From the NCBI GenBank assembly GCA_027489875.1, contig JAIXZE010000093.1:974-64973 (forward strand): a stretch of 64,000 nt of DNA. The letters are read 5' to 3'. Shown piece after piece: positions 17,855 through 27,796 of this stretch; the first letter of the stretch is position 1; each line of letters starts with the position of its first letter. Made by a program: the position numbers and the translations under genes. Source of the DNA: Verrucomicrobiales bacterium (GTDB lineage: Bacteria; Verrucomicrobiota; Verrucomicrobiia; Limisphaerales; UBA9464). The notes below the pieces were generated by a model, which did no database searches, was not told where the DNA came from, and saw only the letters and a program-made list of their open reading frames with translations.

Positions 17855-18653
17855 GCGGCGCGGAGGTGCGGACCTGGAGCCAGGGAACGTCCCGGGGGCC
17901 ACGCGGGTTGGCGACGATCTTCCGGGCGAGGGTATCCGGGTCGAGCCACTTGCGGATCTCGGCGTGCCCGTCAGCGAAGGAGAAGCCGCAGGCCCCGTTG
18001 TGGTAGTTTGCGGGGAGGTTGCCCCAGAGTTGGCGGCGATTGACGAAGACGAGGAAATAGCCGTCGTCGATGCCGTCCGGATGTTCGTCGAGGAAGACGA
18101 AGGCTTCCGAAGGGGAAGGGCGGGTGATCTCGGAGGTCTTACGGAAGGTGAAATGCGTCGTGCGGATCTCATCCGTGTACCAGCTGGCGCCGTTCATGTT
18201 TCCGTTCATGGAGACGGAGCGCACGCGGGGAAGGGTCCGCGTGCCGAAGCGGGCCGTGCTGATGTCCGCGGGGCATTTGTAGATTCCAAGGGCCTTGTTG
18301 TAGTTCCAGAGCATGCCGCGCGGTGCGCGGAGGAGGTTGACGTTGGTGGCGTCCTGGGCGGTGGGCATCCAGCCCTCGACCCAACCGATCTGGCCACCGG
18401 TGCCGTTGGGGACGAGGCGGTCGTTGTTGTCATCCGCGTACATCGACCACGCGAGGTTGAGTTGCTTGAGGTTGTTGAGGCAGGCGATGCCCTGGGCCTT
18501 GGTCTTGGACTTCGCCAGGGCGGGCAGGAGCATGCCCGCGAGGATGGCGATGATCGCGATGACAACCAGGAGTTCGATCAGCGTGAAGGCGGCGCGGCGG
18601 GAGCGCCGGAGCTTCGGGAAAATCGGTTTCATTGGTGGCAGCATGGAAACCAT
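17826..18653 (-). CDS. prepilin-type N-terminal cleavage/methylation domain protein (DUF1559, H-X9-DG type)
   Basis: '[25 protein letters not shown]' and the C-terminal '[13 protein letters not shown]' are present. The start is trimmed to 18653 (or 18632) because upstream ORF sequence lies in the family-C tandem repeat. Confidence 0.85.
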   Translation of the reverse strand: MVSMLPPMKPIFPKLRRSRRAAFTLIELLVVIAIIAILAGMLLPALAKSKTKAQGIACLNNLKQLNLAWSMYADDNNDRLVPNGTGGQIGWVEGWMPTAQDATNVNLLRAPRGMLWNYNKALGIYKCPADISTARFGTRTLPRVRSVSMNGNMNGASWYTDEIRTTHFTFRKTSEITRPSPSEAFVFLDEHPDGIDDGYFLVFVNRRQLWGNLPANYHNGACGFSFADGHAEIRKWLDPDTLARKIVANPRGPRDVPWLQVRTSAPLRADAPWPP

Positions 18654-18715
18654 GGTGGGAATGATGGGACATTGAACCGCTGCGGGACCCGTGGGAAGTG
18701 TGGAGTTCAGAGGGT

Positions 18716-18935
18716 GAAGGCCGGGTGCCCTCACCCGGCGGTGTCCGTGAGTCGCCCCGTGGGGGCACGCGGCGTGCAGGGGGAGAACCCAGTTGCCAGA
18801 CCCTCCCATTGAAGGCCGGGTGCCCTCACCCGGCGGTGTCCGTTAGGTGCCGCGTGGGGGCACGCGGCCTGCAGGGGGAGAACCCAGTTGCCAGACCCTC
18901 TCATTGAAGGCCGGGTGCCCTCACCCGGCGGTGTC
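18716..18935. repeat. Family-C tandem repeat, 95-bp unit x 2.3
   Basis: Units start at 18716, 18811 and 18906. Each begins with the hairpin 'gaaggccgggtgccctcacccggcgg'. The inter-hairpin segments are about 90% identical to each other. Confidence 0.85.
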
Positions 18936-18993
18936 AGGGGAATTGGTGCCGCGCGTTGACTTGGGGGAATGTGGTTGCCAGCTTGTCGCCGCG

Positions 18994-19755
18994 ATGAATC
19001 ACGACCTGACCAAGATGCTGCAAGCCTGGCCTTATCAGCCGGGGCAGGTCATGGCGCGGCGCTTCAAGGGCCGCGACGGGCTTCAGAAGATCCAGCTGCG
19101 GGTGGACCTCGGGGTGCTGCAGATGAATGCCGAGGGCCGTCCGGATGGAAAACGGCCGATGGGACAGGAGACGTGGTTTGATGTGTACCGCACCCGGCTT
19201 GCGGAGCATCTGCTGGCGAAGGGGACTCCCGAATCGTTCCACCTGGGACTCGAGGAGTGCTCGAAGCTCCAGCAGGAGTGCATCCAGTTTCATCATCGCT
19301 ACATCTGCCTGTTCCAGTTGGAGGATTACGAGGCGGTGGAGCGCGACTCGGAGCGGAACCTGGAAGTGTTCGAGTTCGTGGCGGAACACGCCGCGACGGA
19401 GGAACTGGCGTGGTCGCTCCTGCAGTTCGTTCCCCAATTGCTCCTGATGCGCACGCGGTCCCGCGGTACGGAGGCCCTCAAGGACAACAGTTTCGAGCAG
19501 GCCGTTCTGCACATCCAGGAGGGGATTTCCGAGCTGGAGCGCTTCTACCAGGAGAATGAGCGCCTCGAGATGATGGAGACCAGCCCCGAGCTGGCGTCGC
19601 TCCGGGAGTGGTTGAATCAGGTCCAGAACCGCCGCCCTCTGTCCGAGAAGGAGCGCCTGGAGCGCGATCTGGCCGAGGCCATCCGGTTGGAGGACTACGA
19701 GCGCGCAGCCCGGGTGCGGGATCAAATCCGCAAGATGCAGGCTTCCGGCTCCTGA
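18994..19755 (+). CDS. UVR-domain-containing protein
   Basis: The start ATG at 18994 ('MNHDLTKM') lies within ORF 18847-19755. The C-terminal 'LERDLAEAIRLEDYERAARVRDQIRKM' is a UvrB/UvrC-type UVR motif. Confidence 0.6.
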   Translation: MNHDLTKMLQAWPYQPGQVMARRFKGRDGLQKIQLRVDLGVLQMNAEGRPDGKRPMGQETWFDVYRTRLAEHLLAKGTPESFHLGLEECSKLQQECIQFHHRYICLFQLEDYEAVERDSERNLEVFEFVAEHAATEELAWSLLQFVPQLLLMRTRSRGTEALKDNSFEQAVLHIQEGISELERFYQENERLEMMETSPELASLREWLNQVQNRRPLSEKERLERDLAEAIRLEDYERAARVRDQIRKMQASGS

Positions 19756-19842
19756 CCCGCTGGCTTAGCTTTCGGGCTTTCCGCCTCCTGCCCGCCAGAG
19801 GGTGTGCTGCGGAGCTGTCCAATTTTCAGGATCCCTATCTTT

Positions 19843-20289
19843 ATGAGTCTCCAGTCCCAGATCGTCGATGCGTTGAAACAGTCCATGATCGCCAAGGACG
19901 CGGACCGCACCGGCACGCTCCGGTTGATCAAGGCCGCCCTCGGTTACGCCATGATCGAGAAGAAGGTCGAAACCCTGGCGGATGCCGATGTCCTGGCCGT
20001 AGTCCAGCGTGAGGCGAAGAAGCGCAAGGACGCCATCGATGAGTACGAGAAGGCCGGTCGCCCGGAACTCGCCGCGAAGGAATTGGCCGAACTCAAGACG
20101 ATCTCGGAGTTCCTTCCCAAGCAGCTGAGCCCGGAAGAGGTGGAAGCCCTCGTCCGCGACGCCATCGCCGAGGTCGGGGCCACCTCGAAGAAGGACATGG
20201 GCATCGTCATGAAGGCCGCCCAAGCCAAGGCCGCCGGCCGCGCCGACGGCAAGGCAATCAGCGCACTGGTCGGTCGGTTGCTGCCGTAA
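19843..20289 (+). CDS. GatB/YqeY domain protein
   Basis: 'MSLQSQIVDALKQSMIAKD...TLRLIKAAL...REAKKRKDAIDEYEKAGRPELAAKE' is characteristic of the YqeY family. Confidence 0.85.
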   Translation: MSLQSQIVDALKQSMIAKDADRTGTLRLIKAALGYAMIEKKVETLADADVLAVVQREAKKRKDAIDEYEKAGRPELAAKELAELKTISEFLPKQLSPEEVEALVRDAIAEVGATSKKDMGIVMKAAQAKAAGRADGKAISALVGRLLP

Positions 20290-20308
20290 GGCGTCACGCG
20301 CCGTGGTC

Positions 20309-20938
20309 TCACTCCCCGCCCGAGAGCACTTCCAGCGCGCGGATGGCGGCGGCGTGGCGGTTTTCGACGCCGAGCTTCTGGTAGACGTGGGCGGCGTGCT
20401 TCTTGGCGGTGGCCGCGCTGATGCCAAGGACGAGGCCGATGTCGGCGTCCGACTTGCCCTGGGACATCCACAGGAGGACCTCGGCTTCGCGGGTGCTGAG
20501 GCCCAGCCTTTCGAGGGGGACGGAGCTGGAGAAGTCCGGCTTGAATCCGCCCCCGCTCTTCTCGCGGATTTCCTCACGGGCGAGACGGATGCGGACGGCG
20601 TCGAGGAGTTCCTGGCGGTCGACGGGTTTGACGAGGTAATCGTCGGCACCGGCGGACATGCCGGCGCGGACGTCATGGCGCTCGCCCCAGGCGGTGAGGA
20701 AGATGAAGGGGACGAGATGGGTGCGTGTGTCAGCTCGCAGGGCCTTGAGGACGCCATGGCCGTCGAGCTCGGGCATCTGGATGTCGCAAAGGACGAGGCT
20801 GGGCGGATCGGCGAAGGCGGACTGGACGCCGAGGCGGCCATTCTCGGCGGCGGAGACCCGGAAGCCCTCCATTTCGAGGACGGTTTCAAGGCTGCGCCGC
20901 ATGGGCGCGTGGTCCTCGATGATCAGGATGTGTTTCAT
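20309..20938 (-). CDS. response regulator, REC plus LuxR-type HTH (NarL/FixJ family)
   Basis: 'MKHILIIEDH...LVLCDIQMPELDG' contains the receiver Asp. The C-terminal 'LSTREAEVLLWMSQGKSDADIGLVLGISAATAKKHAAHVYQKLGV' is the HTH. An ATGA overlap joins it to the kinase stop. Confidence 0.9.
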   Translation of the reverse strand: MKHILIIEDHAPMRRSLETVLEMEGFRVSAAENGRLGVQSAFADPPSLVLCDIQMPELDGHGVLKALRADTRTHLVPFIFLTAWGERHDVRAGMSAGADDYLVKPVDRQELLDAVRIRLAREEIREKSGGGFKPDFSSSVPLERLGLSTREAEVLLWMSQGKSDADIGLVLGISAATAKKHAAHVYQKLGVENRHAAAIRALEVLSGGE

Positions 20939-23208
20939 GGCGTGGGCGTGGGCGGGGCGGATTCGTCGAAGACGGGAAGGCGGACGACGACGGTGGTGCC
21001 GCGTCCGACCTGGCTGTGGAGGGTGACGGTGCCGCCGTGGACTTCGACGCATCGTTTGACAATGACGAGACCAAGACCGGTGCCGGGGGATTCGCCGACG
21101 TTGCGGCCACGGTAGAACACTTCGAACAGGCGGGCCTGATCCTCGGTGGGGATCCCGATGCCGCGGTCGCGGACGGTGATGACCGCATCGTGTCCAACGC
21201 GTGCGAGGGACAGGGAAACCGGGGTGGCGCGGGGTGAGTACTTCACCGCGTTGGACAGCAGGTTTCCCACGACGTGGCGGAGGATGTGTTCGTCGGAACG
21301 GGCGGAGGGCAGGGACTCCGGGCTGGAAAGTTCGATGGGGCAGCGATTCCCGGTGGCCTGGATGGTTTCGTCGGCAAGCCGCCGACAGAAGGCGGTGAGG
21401 TCGATCGAGCGGGGCTGGAGGGCGAGGCGGCCGGCTTCGATGCGGCCAAGGAGGAGCACTTCGTCAATCAGGCCGGCCATGTGCCGTGCGGCATGGACGA
21501 TGTCGCCGAGGTGTTCGGTGCGGCGTGCGGGTTCGAGGCGGTCGAAGTAGGAGTCCAGGACCTGGGCGGAGGAGAGGATGACCCCGATGGGGGTCCGGAA
21601 CTCGTGGGAGACGAGGCTGGCGAAGTTGGTCTTGAGCCGGACGAGTTCGCGCTGTTGTTCGAGGGCGTGCTGGAGGTCCTGTTCGGAGCGTTTCCGTTCG
21701 ATGGCGAGGGCGGTCTGGTCGGCGACGAAGGAGAGGATCTGCTGGTCCTCGGGGCCGAAGGCCCGTGGGTCGTGATGGTCCTGGACGGCCATCACGCCGA
21801 TGGGTTGGTCGCGCACGACCAGCGGGACACCCAGCCAGATGGCGGCGGCGGCACCGGTCTGGATGTACTCGCCGGCTTCCTTGAGCCGCGCGATTTCCTC
21901 CAGGTTGGCGAGACAGGCGCGGCCGCTGCGGAGGACGTATTCCGTGATGCCGCGGTGGCCCTTGCGCGGGGCTGGAGGCGGGTCTGCTTCGTCGACGTAG
22001 TAAGGGAAGGTGAGCAGCCCGGAATCGCGCTCAAGGAGGGCGATGTAGAAGTTCCGGGCCGGCATCAGCGTGCAGATGATCTCGTGGATCCGCCGGTAAA
22101 GGGCGGGGAGGTCGCGCGTCTGGTGGATGGCTTCGGAGATCTGGTAGAGGGCTTGCTGGATGGACTGGGCCCGGGCCCGTTCGGCGACCTCGCGCTGGAG
22201 CCGCACGTTGGCAGCCTGAAGTTCGAAAGTACGGTCGTGAACGCGACGTTCGAGGTCGGCGTTGAGGCTTCGGAGGGCTTCCTCGGCGCGGACGCGCACC
22301 AGCTTGTTGGCAAGCAGGGCCGCGAGCGCGGTCAGGATCTCGACGTGGTGGTCCTCGAAGAAACCAGCATCGGGGTGCTCCACGTCGATCACCCCGATGA
22401 CGCGATCGCCCAGCAGGATGGGGACGGCCAGTTCGGAGAGGCGTTGGGCATCGTCGATGATGTACCGTGGGTCGAGTCGCGTGTCGGAGACGAGTTCGGG
22501 ACGGCCAGAGACTCCCACAGCCCCGACGATGCCGCGGCCGATCGGGATCTCGATGGGGTTCAGGATGGTCCTGTCGTTGGGCGCCTTTGGTCCCCAGGCG
22601 GCCCGCTGGACAAGGACACGCCGGGATTCGTCGTTGATGTAAACGACGCAATCCGGAAGCCCGAGCCGGCCGACGCAGTTGCGGGCGACGTCCCACAGGA
22701 CATCCTCCTCGGATTCCAGTTCGACCAGCGAGCTGGCGAGGGAGCTGATGATCCGTGCGGCGTGCTCGGATCGGCGGTTTCGCGCCTCGGCCTCACGTCG
22801 CGCCGTGACATCGTGAAGGTGGAGGACGCGGTGTTCAGAACCGGAGTGGGAGGGAAGGCGGGTCGCGGTGCCTTCGAGCTGACGGACCTGACCGTGGCTT
22901 CCAGAGAGTTGAAGGATGGGGAGCGGGAACGGGTGGATGGCGCTCTCCAGCATTTCGAGGAGGGCTGTCTGCAGCCGCTCGTTGTCCTCTGGAGAAAGGA
23001 TTCCCGAAAGGAACTTGGGGGTCTCCTCGCGCGTGGTCCTGGAAACCCAGCGTCGGAAAACGTCGTTGGTGTACCGGATGGAATCACCCTCGCCGAGGAT
23101 GACGATGCCGTGGGAGGCCTGTTCGACGAGGGCGCGGAAGTGGGGCGCACGCCCGGCGGCGCTGCCGGCGTGCTTGAGACGGAGTGATGTATCGGATGCG
23201 CGGCCCAT
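20935..23208 (-). CDS. sensor histidine kinase (PAS, two GAF-like, HisKA, HATPase_c)
   Basis: The H-box is 'SLVSHEFRTPIGVI', the N-box is 'GNLLSNAVKYS' and the G-boxes are 'RDRGIGIP' and 'GTGLGL'. The start ATG is at 23208 ('MGRASDTS'). The Arg/Pro-rich ORF extension to 23790 is rejected. Confidence 0.85.
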   Translation of the reverse strand: MGRASDTSLRLKHAGSAAGRAPHFRALVEQASHGIVILGEGDSIRYTNDVFRRWVSRTTREETPKFLSGILSPEDNERLQTALLEMLESAIHPFPLPILQLSGSHGQVRQLEGTATRLPSHSGSEHRVLHLHDVTARREAEARNRRSEHAARIISSLASSLVELESEEDVLWDVARNCVGRLGLPDCVVYINDESRRVLVQRAAWGPKAPNDRTILNPIEIPIGRGIVGAVGVSGRPELVSDTRLDPRYIIDDAQRLSELAVPILLGDRVIGVIDVEHPDAGFFEDHHVEILTALAALLANKLVRVRAEEALRSLNADLERRVHDRTFELQAANVRLQREVAERARAQSIQQALYQISEAIHQTRDLPALYRRIHEIICTLMPARNFYIALLERDSGLLTFPYYVDEADPPPAPRKGHRGITEYVLRSGRACLANLEEIARLKEAGEYIQTGAAAAIWLGVPLVVRDQPIGVMAVQDHHDPRAFGPEDQQILSFVADQTALAIERKRSEQDLQHALEQQRELVRLKTNFASLVSHEFRTPIGVILSSAQVLDSYFDRLEPARRTEHLGDIVHAARHMAGLIDEVLLLGRIEAGRLALQPRSIDLTAFCRRLADETIQATGNRCPIELSSPESLPSARSDEHILRHVVGNLLSNAVKYSPRATPVSLSLARVGHDAVITVRDRGIGIPTEDQARLFEVFYRGRNVGESPGTGLGLVIVKRCVEVHGGTVTLHSQVGRGTTVVVRLPVFDESAPPTPTP

Positions 23209-23294
23209 GTCCCCCCTCGACTTCCTCGAACGCAAAGGCTCCGGGGAACATCCACCGGGGGCAATACTCCGCCGGAGGTATCTGCACCGGTGGG

Positions 23295-24086
23295 TCAGGC
23301 GGGGACGTCGAGGAATCCGGTGAGCGGACTGGTCGCTGAAGCAGTTTCCTGGGGTGCGGAAAGGCCGGTTTCGTAAGCGATGCGTCCGGCTTCGACCGCC
23401 ATCTTGAAGGCGATGGCCATGCGCGAAGGATCGGGGGCCACGGCGATGGCGGTATTGACGAGGACGGCATCGGCCCCGAGTTCGAGGGCTTCGGTGGCGT
23501 GGCTGGGGGCACCGATGCCTGCGTCGACGACGACCGGAACGGTGGCCTGCTCGATGATGATGCGGATCTGGTCGCGGGTCTGGAGGCCGCGGTGGGATCC
23601 GATGGGGGATCCGAGGGGCATCACGGTGGCGGTGCCGACCTCCTGGAGGCGCTTGGCGAGGACGGGGTCCGCATTGATGTAGGGCAGGACCACGAATCCC
23701 TCCTTCACCAACCGGCGGGCGGCCTCGAGGGTCTCGATGGGATCGGGCAGGAGGTAGCGTGGGTCGGGATGGATCTCCAGTTTCACCCATTTCGGCAGGC
23801 CGGCAGCGACGGCAAGGCGCGCGAGGCGGACGGCTTCGTCGGCGTTCATCGCGCCACTGGTGTTGGGAAGGAGCAGGTAGCGGGAGGGATCGATGAATTC
23901 GAGGATGTTGGCGAAAGGATCACGCTGGCCGGAGAGATCGACGCGTCGCAGCGCCACGGTGACAATCTCCGTTCCGCTGGCGGCGAGGGCGTCGCGCATG
24001 GATTCCGGGGACGGAAACTTGCCGGTTCCGAGGAAGAGCCGGGAGTGGAAGGTGCGGTCGGCGATGACAAGGGGCTTCGGCAACAT
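23295..24086 (-). CDS. thiG: thiazole synthase
   Basis: '[19 protein letters not shown]', 'LLPNTSG' and '[13 protein letters not shown]' are present. The start ATG is at 24086. Confidence 0.9.
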   Translation of the reverse strand: MLPKPLVIADRTFHSRLFLGTGKFPSPESMRDALAASGTEIVTVALRRVDLSGQRDPFANILEFIDPSRYLLLPNTSGAMNADEAVRLARLAVAAGLPKWVKLEIHPDPRYLLPDPIETLEAARRLVKEGFVVLPYINADPVLAKRLQEVGTATVMPLGSPIGSHRGLQTRDQIRIIIEQATVPVVVDAGIGAPSHATEALELGADAVLVNTAIAVAPDPSRMAIAFKMAVEAGRIAYETGLSAPQETASATSPLTGFLDVPA

Positions 24087-24363
24087 GCGGGCGGCAACGA
24101 TGGACGCGGTGGGATGGGTTGTCGAGGGAGTGGGCGGGGCCTGTTTTGGGTGAGATGGAGATCTGTTGATGATTCTCCTTGAAAAAACTTGTTGGCCAAA
24201 CGCTGGGAAGCTGATCAAACTGAGAGCCGTCAGTTAGATTGCCTGTCGCTTCCAAGGCCTGGTGGATCCTCAGTTGAACGGTGGTTCAGTGATGATTTGA
24301 AACCCGACGAGCGGGAACAGTTTGGAGAAAGCAGACTCGGTCTAGGGACAAATCACACAGAGA

Positions 24364-24777
24364 ATGAGTACGAAACTGTTTGTCGGGAATCTGTCGTTCA
24401 ATACGACGGAGAACAGCCTCCAGGACGCGTTTGCCGCACACGGCACCGTCATGGAAGCGGTCCTGATGTTTGACCGGGCTACGGGCCGTTCCCGTGGGTT
24501 CGGCTTCGTCACGATGTCCACTCCCGAGGAGGCCCAGCGCGCGATCGACGCCATGAATGGCGCGGATCTCGACGGCCGGAACCTGACCGTGAACATTGCC
24601 CGTCCTCGTGAAGAGGGCGGCGGTGGTGGCGGCGGCGGATTCGGTGGACCTCGCCGTGACCGCGGCGGGTTCGGTGGTGGCGGCGGCGGCGGCCGCAGCG
24701 GTGGTGGTGGTGGTGGCGGCCGCGGGGGTGGCGGCGGCGGATACGGTGGTGGTGGTGGCGGCCGTGGCCGTTACTGA
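24364..24777 (+). CDS. RRM-type RNA-binding protein with Gly/Arg-rich tail
   Basis: RNP-2 is 'KLFVGNL' and RNP-1 is 'RGFGFVTM'. The C-terminal tail is GGGGRGG low complexity. Confidence 0.9.
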   Translation: MSTKLFVGNLSFNTTENSLQDAFAAHGTVMEAVLMFDRATGRSRGFGFVTMSTPEEAQRAIDAMNGADLDGRNLTVNIARPREEGGGGGGGGFGGPRRDRGGFGGGGGGGRSGGGGGGGRGGGGGGYGGGGGGRGRY

Positions 24778-24794
24778 TCAGACCTTTTCCCGGG

Positions 24795-24828
24795 GGCGGG
24801 CCTAACGGCCCGCCTCTTTTTTCTTTTG
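24795..24828 (+). terminator. rho-independent terminator
   Basis: The stem ggcgggcc / ggcccgcc has loop 'taac' and is followed by 'tcttttttcttttg'. It lies 18 nt after the RRM gene stop. Confidence 0.8.
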
Positions 24829-24913
24829 TTGGGTCGTGTCGGGGTTACCGGGCTGGATGACCTTCGATGCGCGCGCTTTTGTAGTGATCGTTCCGGCCAC
24901 CATAGATTGATCG

Positions 24914-25132
24914 ATGAAGGAACAGGAACACGTCGAGATTGAAGGCCGGATCATTACGGTCCTTGCAGGAACCATGTTTCGGGTGGAGTTGGACAACAAG
25001 CACCTCGTGCTTGCGACGATCTCCGGGAAGATGCGGAAGCGATTCGTGCGTCTGACGGCGGGGGATCGGGTGAAGATGGAGATGTCCCCGTATGATCTGG
25101 GCAAGGCCCGGATTGTCTGGCGGATTGGTTGA
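24914..25132 (+). CDS. infA: translation initiation factor IF-1
   Basis: 72-aa S1-like protein: 'VEIEGRIITVLAGTMFRVELDNKHLVLATISGKMRKRFVRLTAGDRVKMEMSPYDL'. Confidence 0.95.
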   Translation: MKEQEHVEIEGRIITVLAGTMFRVELDNKHLVLATISGKMRKRFVRLTAGDRVKMEMSPYDLGKARIVWRIG

Positions 25133-25242
25133 TTTCTGTGCGGTAAGCCCGGATTTGCCCGGGTTGTCCGGGGGATGGCCGAAGGTTTCTTGATCGGGCG
25201 TGCGTCCTCCCGGGCGTTGGAGGCAGACTCGAAGAGAACTTT

Positions 25243-26358
25243 ATGGCTGATCCAAGATACGCGAAGCTGGCGAAGCTGCTCGTGGAGTATTCCTGTGCCC
25301 TGGGCAAGGGTGAGGTGCTCTTGATGGACATGATTGATGTCCCGGACGAAATGACCGTGGCCTTGGTCCGCGCGACGCGGGAGGCAGGGGGAGTTCCCCT
25401 GGTGGACGTCCGGCACAGCCGTGTGACCCGGGAAATCCAACGGGGTACTGACGAAGTCCATGCCAAGTTGGTTCGGGATCTCGAGATGAACCGCATGAAG
25501 CGGGTTCAGGCGTACGTGGCCATCCGCGGGGCGCATAACGCCAGCGAGACCAGCGACGTTCCCGCTGCGGCTCAGAAGCTCTACGCGAAGACCCTGCGGC
25601 CGGTGCTGGATCACCGCATCAACAAGACCAAGTGGTGTGTGCTTCGATGGCCGACGCCGAGCATGGCGCAGGCGGCCAACATGAGCACCGAGGCGTTCGA
25701 GGACTTCTACTTCGACGTCTGCACCATGGATTACCAGCGCATGGCGAAGGCCGTGTTGCCCCTGAAGAAGCGGATGGAGGCGGCGGATGTGGTCCGGATC
25801 AAGGGTCCTGGAACCGATCTGACCTTCAGCATCCGGGGCATTGGTGCCAAGCCGTGCGAGGGACTCAGGAACATTCCAGACGGTGAGTGCTTCAGTTGCC
25901 CCACGCTGAAGTCCTCGAACGGCGTGATCAGCTTCAACACGCCGACGATCTATGCCGGCACGAAGTTCGAGGGTATCCGGCTGGAGATGAAGGACGGTCG
26001 GGTGGTGAAAGCCACCTGTGCTGGCGGTACCGAAAAGCGCCTGAACGAGATTCTTGATACAGATCCGGGAGCGCGCTCCATCGGCGAGTTCAGCCTGGGA
26101 TTCAATCCCTACATCCTGAATCCGATGTGCGACATCCTCTTCGACGAGAAGATCGCGGGGTCGCTGCACTACACACCCGGTCAGGCCTACGACGATCCGG
26201 GCAACGGCAACAAGTCGGCCGTTCACTGGGACATGGTGCTGATCCAGCGTCCGGAATGGGGCGGTGGCGAGGTCTGGTTCGATGACACCCTGATCCGCAA
26301 GGACGGGTTGTTCCTGCCGAAGGACCTGTTGGGACTGAATCCCGACAAGCTGCGATAG
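25243..26358 (+). CDS. aminopeptidase, peptidase family M29 (AmpS/PepS-like)
   Basis: The N-terminus 'DPRYAKLAKLLVEYSCALGKGEVLL', the length (371 aa) and the C-terminal 'SAVHWDMV' are consistent with M29. Confidence 0.8.
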   Translation: MADPRYAKLAKLLVEYSCALGKGEVLLMDMIDVPDEMTVALVRATREAGGVPLVDVRHSRVTREIQRGTDEVHAKLVRDLEMNRMKRVQAYVAIRGAHNASETSDVPAAAQKLYAKTLRPVLDHRINKTKWCVLRWPTPSMAQAANMSTEAFEDFYFDVCTMDYQRMAKAVLPLKKRMEAADVVRIKGPGTDLTFSIRGIGAKPCEGLRNIPDGECFSCPTLKSSNGVISFNTPTIYAGTKFEGIRLEMKDGRVVKATCAGGTEKRLNEILDTDPGARSIGEFSLGFNPYILNPMCDILFDEKIAGSLHYTPGQAYDDPGNGNKSAVHWDMVLIQRPEWGGGEVWFDDTLIRKDGLFLPKDLLGLNPDKLR

Positions 26359-26387
26359 GCGAAGGAGTCCGGGTTGCCTCCGGACAG

Positions 26388-26423
26388 CAAAAGGCCCGGT
26401 TCCGCAAGGAACCGGGCCTTTTT
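26388..26423. terminator. bidirectional rho-independent terminator between the convergent M29 aminopeptidase and asd genes
   Basis: An 11-bp stem ggcccggttcc / ggaaccgggcc with loop 'gcaa' is flanked by 'aaaa' on the 5' side and 'ttttt' on the 3' side. Confidence 0.85.
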
Positions 26424-26437
26424 CGCGGTTGGATCGA

Positions 26438-27445
26438 TCAGAGCTTGAGGAGTTCCTCGGCGATCTGGACTGCATTGAGCGCAGCGCCCTTGAGCAGTTG
26501 GTCGCCTGAAACCCAGAAGCACAGGGCGTTGTCGAGGGCGCAGTCCATGCGGATCCGACCCACCTCGCAGTTGTCCTTCTCCGAGGTGAACAGTGGCATC
26601 GGATACCGCTGCTTCGCGGGATCGTCGACGACGTCGAGGCCCGGAGCATCCGCGAGGATCGCGCGTGCGGCTTCGACGGTCACAGGCTTCTCGAACTCGG
26701 CGCTGACCGCGACGGAATGGGAGCGATAGACGGGGACCCGGACGCAGGTGACCGAGGCGCGGAATCCGGGGTGATGCATGATCTTCCGTCCCTCATTCTG
26801 CATCTTCATCTCTTCCTTGGTGTACCCGTCCGGCTGGAAGGAATCGACCTGGGGAAGGACGTTGAAGGCGATCTGGTAAGGATAAACCTCGCGGGTGATC
26901 GGTTGACCGGCGGCGATCTGTTGGACCTGACGTTCGAGTTCCTCGATGGCCTTGGCACCGGTGCCGGAGACCGCCTGGTAGCTCGAAGCGATGATGCGCT
27001 TCACGCCGAACGCCCGATGCAACGGATAGAGCGCCATCAGCGTGATGGCGGTGGTGCAGTTCGGGTTGGCCAGGATGCCGTGGTGATTGCGGACATCCGC
27101 AGCGTTGATCTCGGGCACGACCAGCGGGACGCGATCGTCCTGGCGGAAGGCGGAAGAGTTGTCGACGACCACGCACCCCGCGGCGGCCGCAATGGGGGCG
27201 AACTCGCGGGAGATGGAACCGCCGGCGCTGAACAGGGCGATGTCGATGCCCTTGAAGCTGTCCTTGGTGAGCTCCGTGACCGTGATTTCCTTGCCGGCAA
27301 AGGTCAGTTTCTTGCCGACCGAACGGGCAGAGGCAAGCAGGGTGAGTTGGCCAACGGGGAAGCGGCGTCGTTCGAGAACCTTCAGCATCTCGATACCAAC
27401 GGCGCCAGTTGCCCCGACCACGGCGACGTGCGGAGTCTTGTTCAT
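26438..27445 (-). CDS. asd: aspartate-semialdehyde dehydrogenase
   Basis: 'VAVVGATGAVGIEMLKVL', 'NPNCTT' (active-site Cys) and 'SYQAVSGTG' are present. Confidence 0.95.
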   Translation of the reverse strand: MNKTPHVAVVGATGAVGIEMLKVLERRRFPVGQLTLLASARSVGKKLTFAGKEITVTELTKDSFKGIDIALFSAGGSISREFAPIAAAAGCVVVDNSSAFRQDDRVPLVVPEINAADVRNHHGILANPNCTTAITLMALYPLHRAFGVKRIIASSYQAVSGTGAKAIEELERQVQQIAAGQPITREVYPYQIAFNVLPQVDSFQPDGYTKEEMKMQNEGRKIMHHPGFRASVTCVRVPVYRSHSVAVSAEFEKPVTVEAARAILADAPGLDVVDDPAKQRYPMPLFTSEKDNCEVGRIRMDCALDNALCFWVSGDQLLKGAALNAVQIAEELLKL

Positions 27446-27554
27446 CAGAAGCGCGGGAGGGTAAGGCGGGCGATGGGACTGTCGATGGAAATGTCGGGGA
27501 GGAGTTGGAAGTTTGAAGATTCAAGTTTGGAGTCCGGATGCCAAAACCCGATCT

Positions 27555-27713
27555 GAAGGCCGGGTGCCCCACCCGGCGGATTCCATGCGGCGCCGCGTGA
27601 GGGCACGCAGCCTACAGCCGGAGATTTCAGTACCAGTTGCCAGATGGTTCCGCTTGAAGGCCGGGTGCCCCCACCCGGCGGATTCCATGCGGCGCCGCGT
27701 GAGGGCACGCAGC
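27555..27713. repeat. Family-C repeat, two units (period ~101 bp)
   Basis: 'gaaggccgggtgcccc(c)acccggcggattccatgcggcgccgcgtgagggcacgcagc' occurs at 27555 and 27656. It shares 'cagttgccaga' with the 18.7-kb array. Confidence 0.8.
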
Positions 27714-27796
27714 TCCCTTCCAACTTGAAACTCCCAACTTCAAACTCAGCGGGAGGCAGGCTTGCCAATGGCGGGGGTGAGGCCTAGAAGCGGCAT

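Noticed and set aside
18716-18935. Possible CRISPR array: a ~30-nt hairpin repeat recurring every 95 bp.
   Set aside because: The 'spacers' between hairpins are themselves ~90% identical to each other, so this is a simple tandem duplication. There are only 2.3 units and no cas genes in the window. The same hairpin also occurs singly elsewhere.
23209-23790. Long N-terminal extensions in the ORF track. Examples: histidine kinase to 23790, prmC to 12372, heme protein to 34034, CHAT to 56208, pglZ to 42912, RloB to 47774, thiG to 24218 and KAP from 49008.
   Set aside because: The extensions are Arg/Pro/Gly-rich low-complexity sequence, or they run through intergenic repeats or the upstream gene. 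Internal ATG codons give N-termini that match family expectations, and several form ATGA/GTGA coupling overlaps.
24087-24340. A TPP (THI-box) riboswitch upstream of thiG.
   Set aside because: On the minus strand I find only weak partial resemblance ('ctgagga', 'ttgatcagcttcccagcg'). The conserved 'GGGGUGC ... CUGAGA ... ACCUGAUCUGGAUAAUGCCAGCG' arrangement and pairings are absent. An Rfam/Infernal scan would settle the question.
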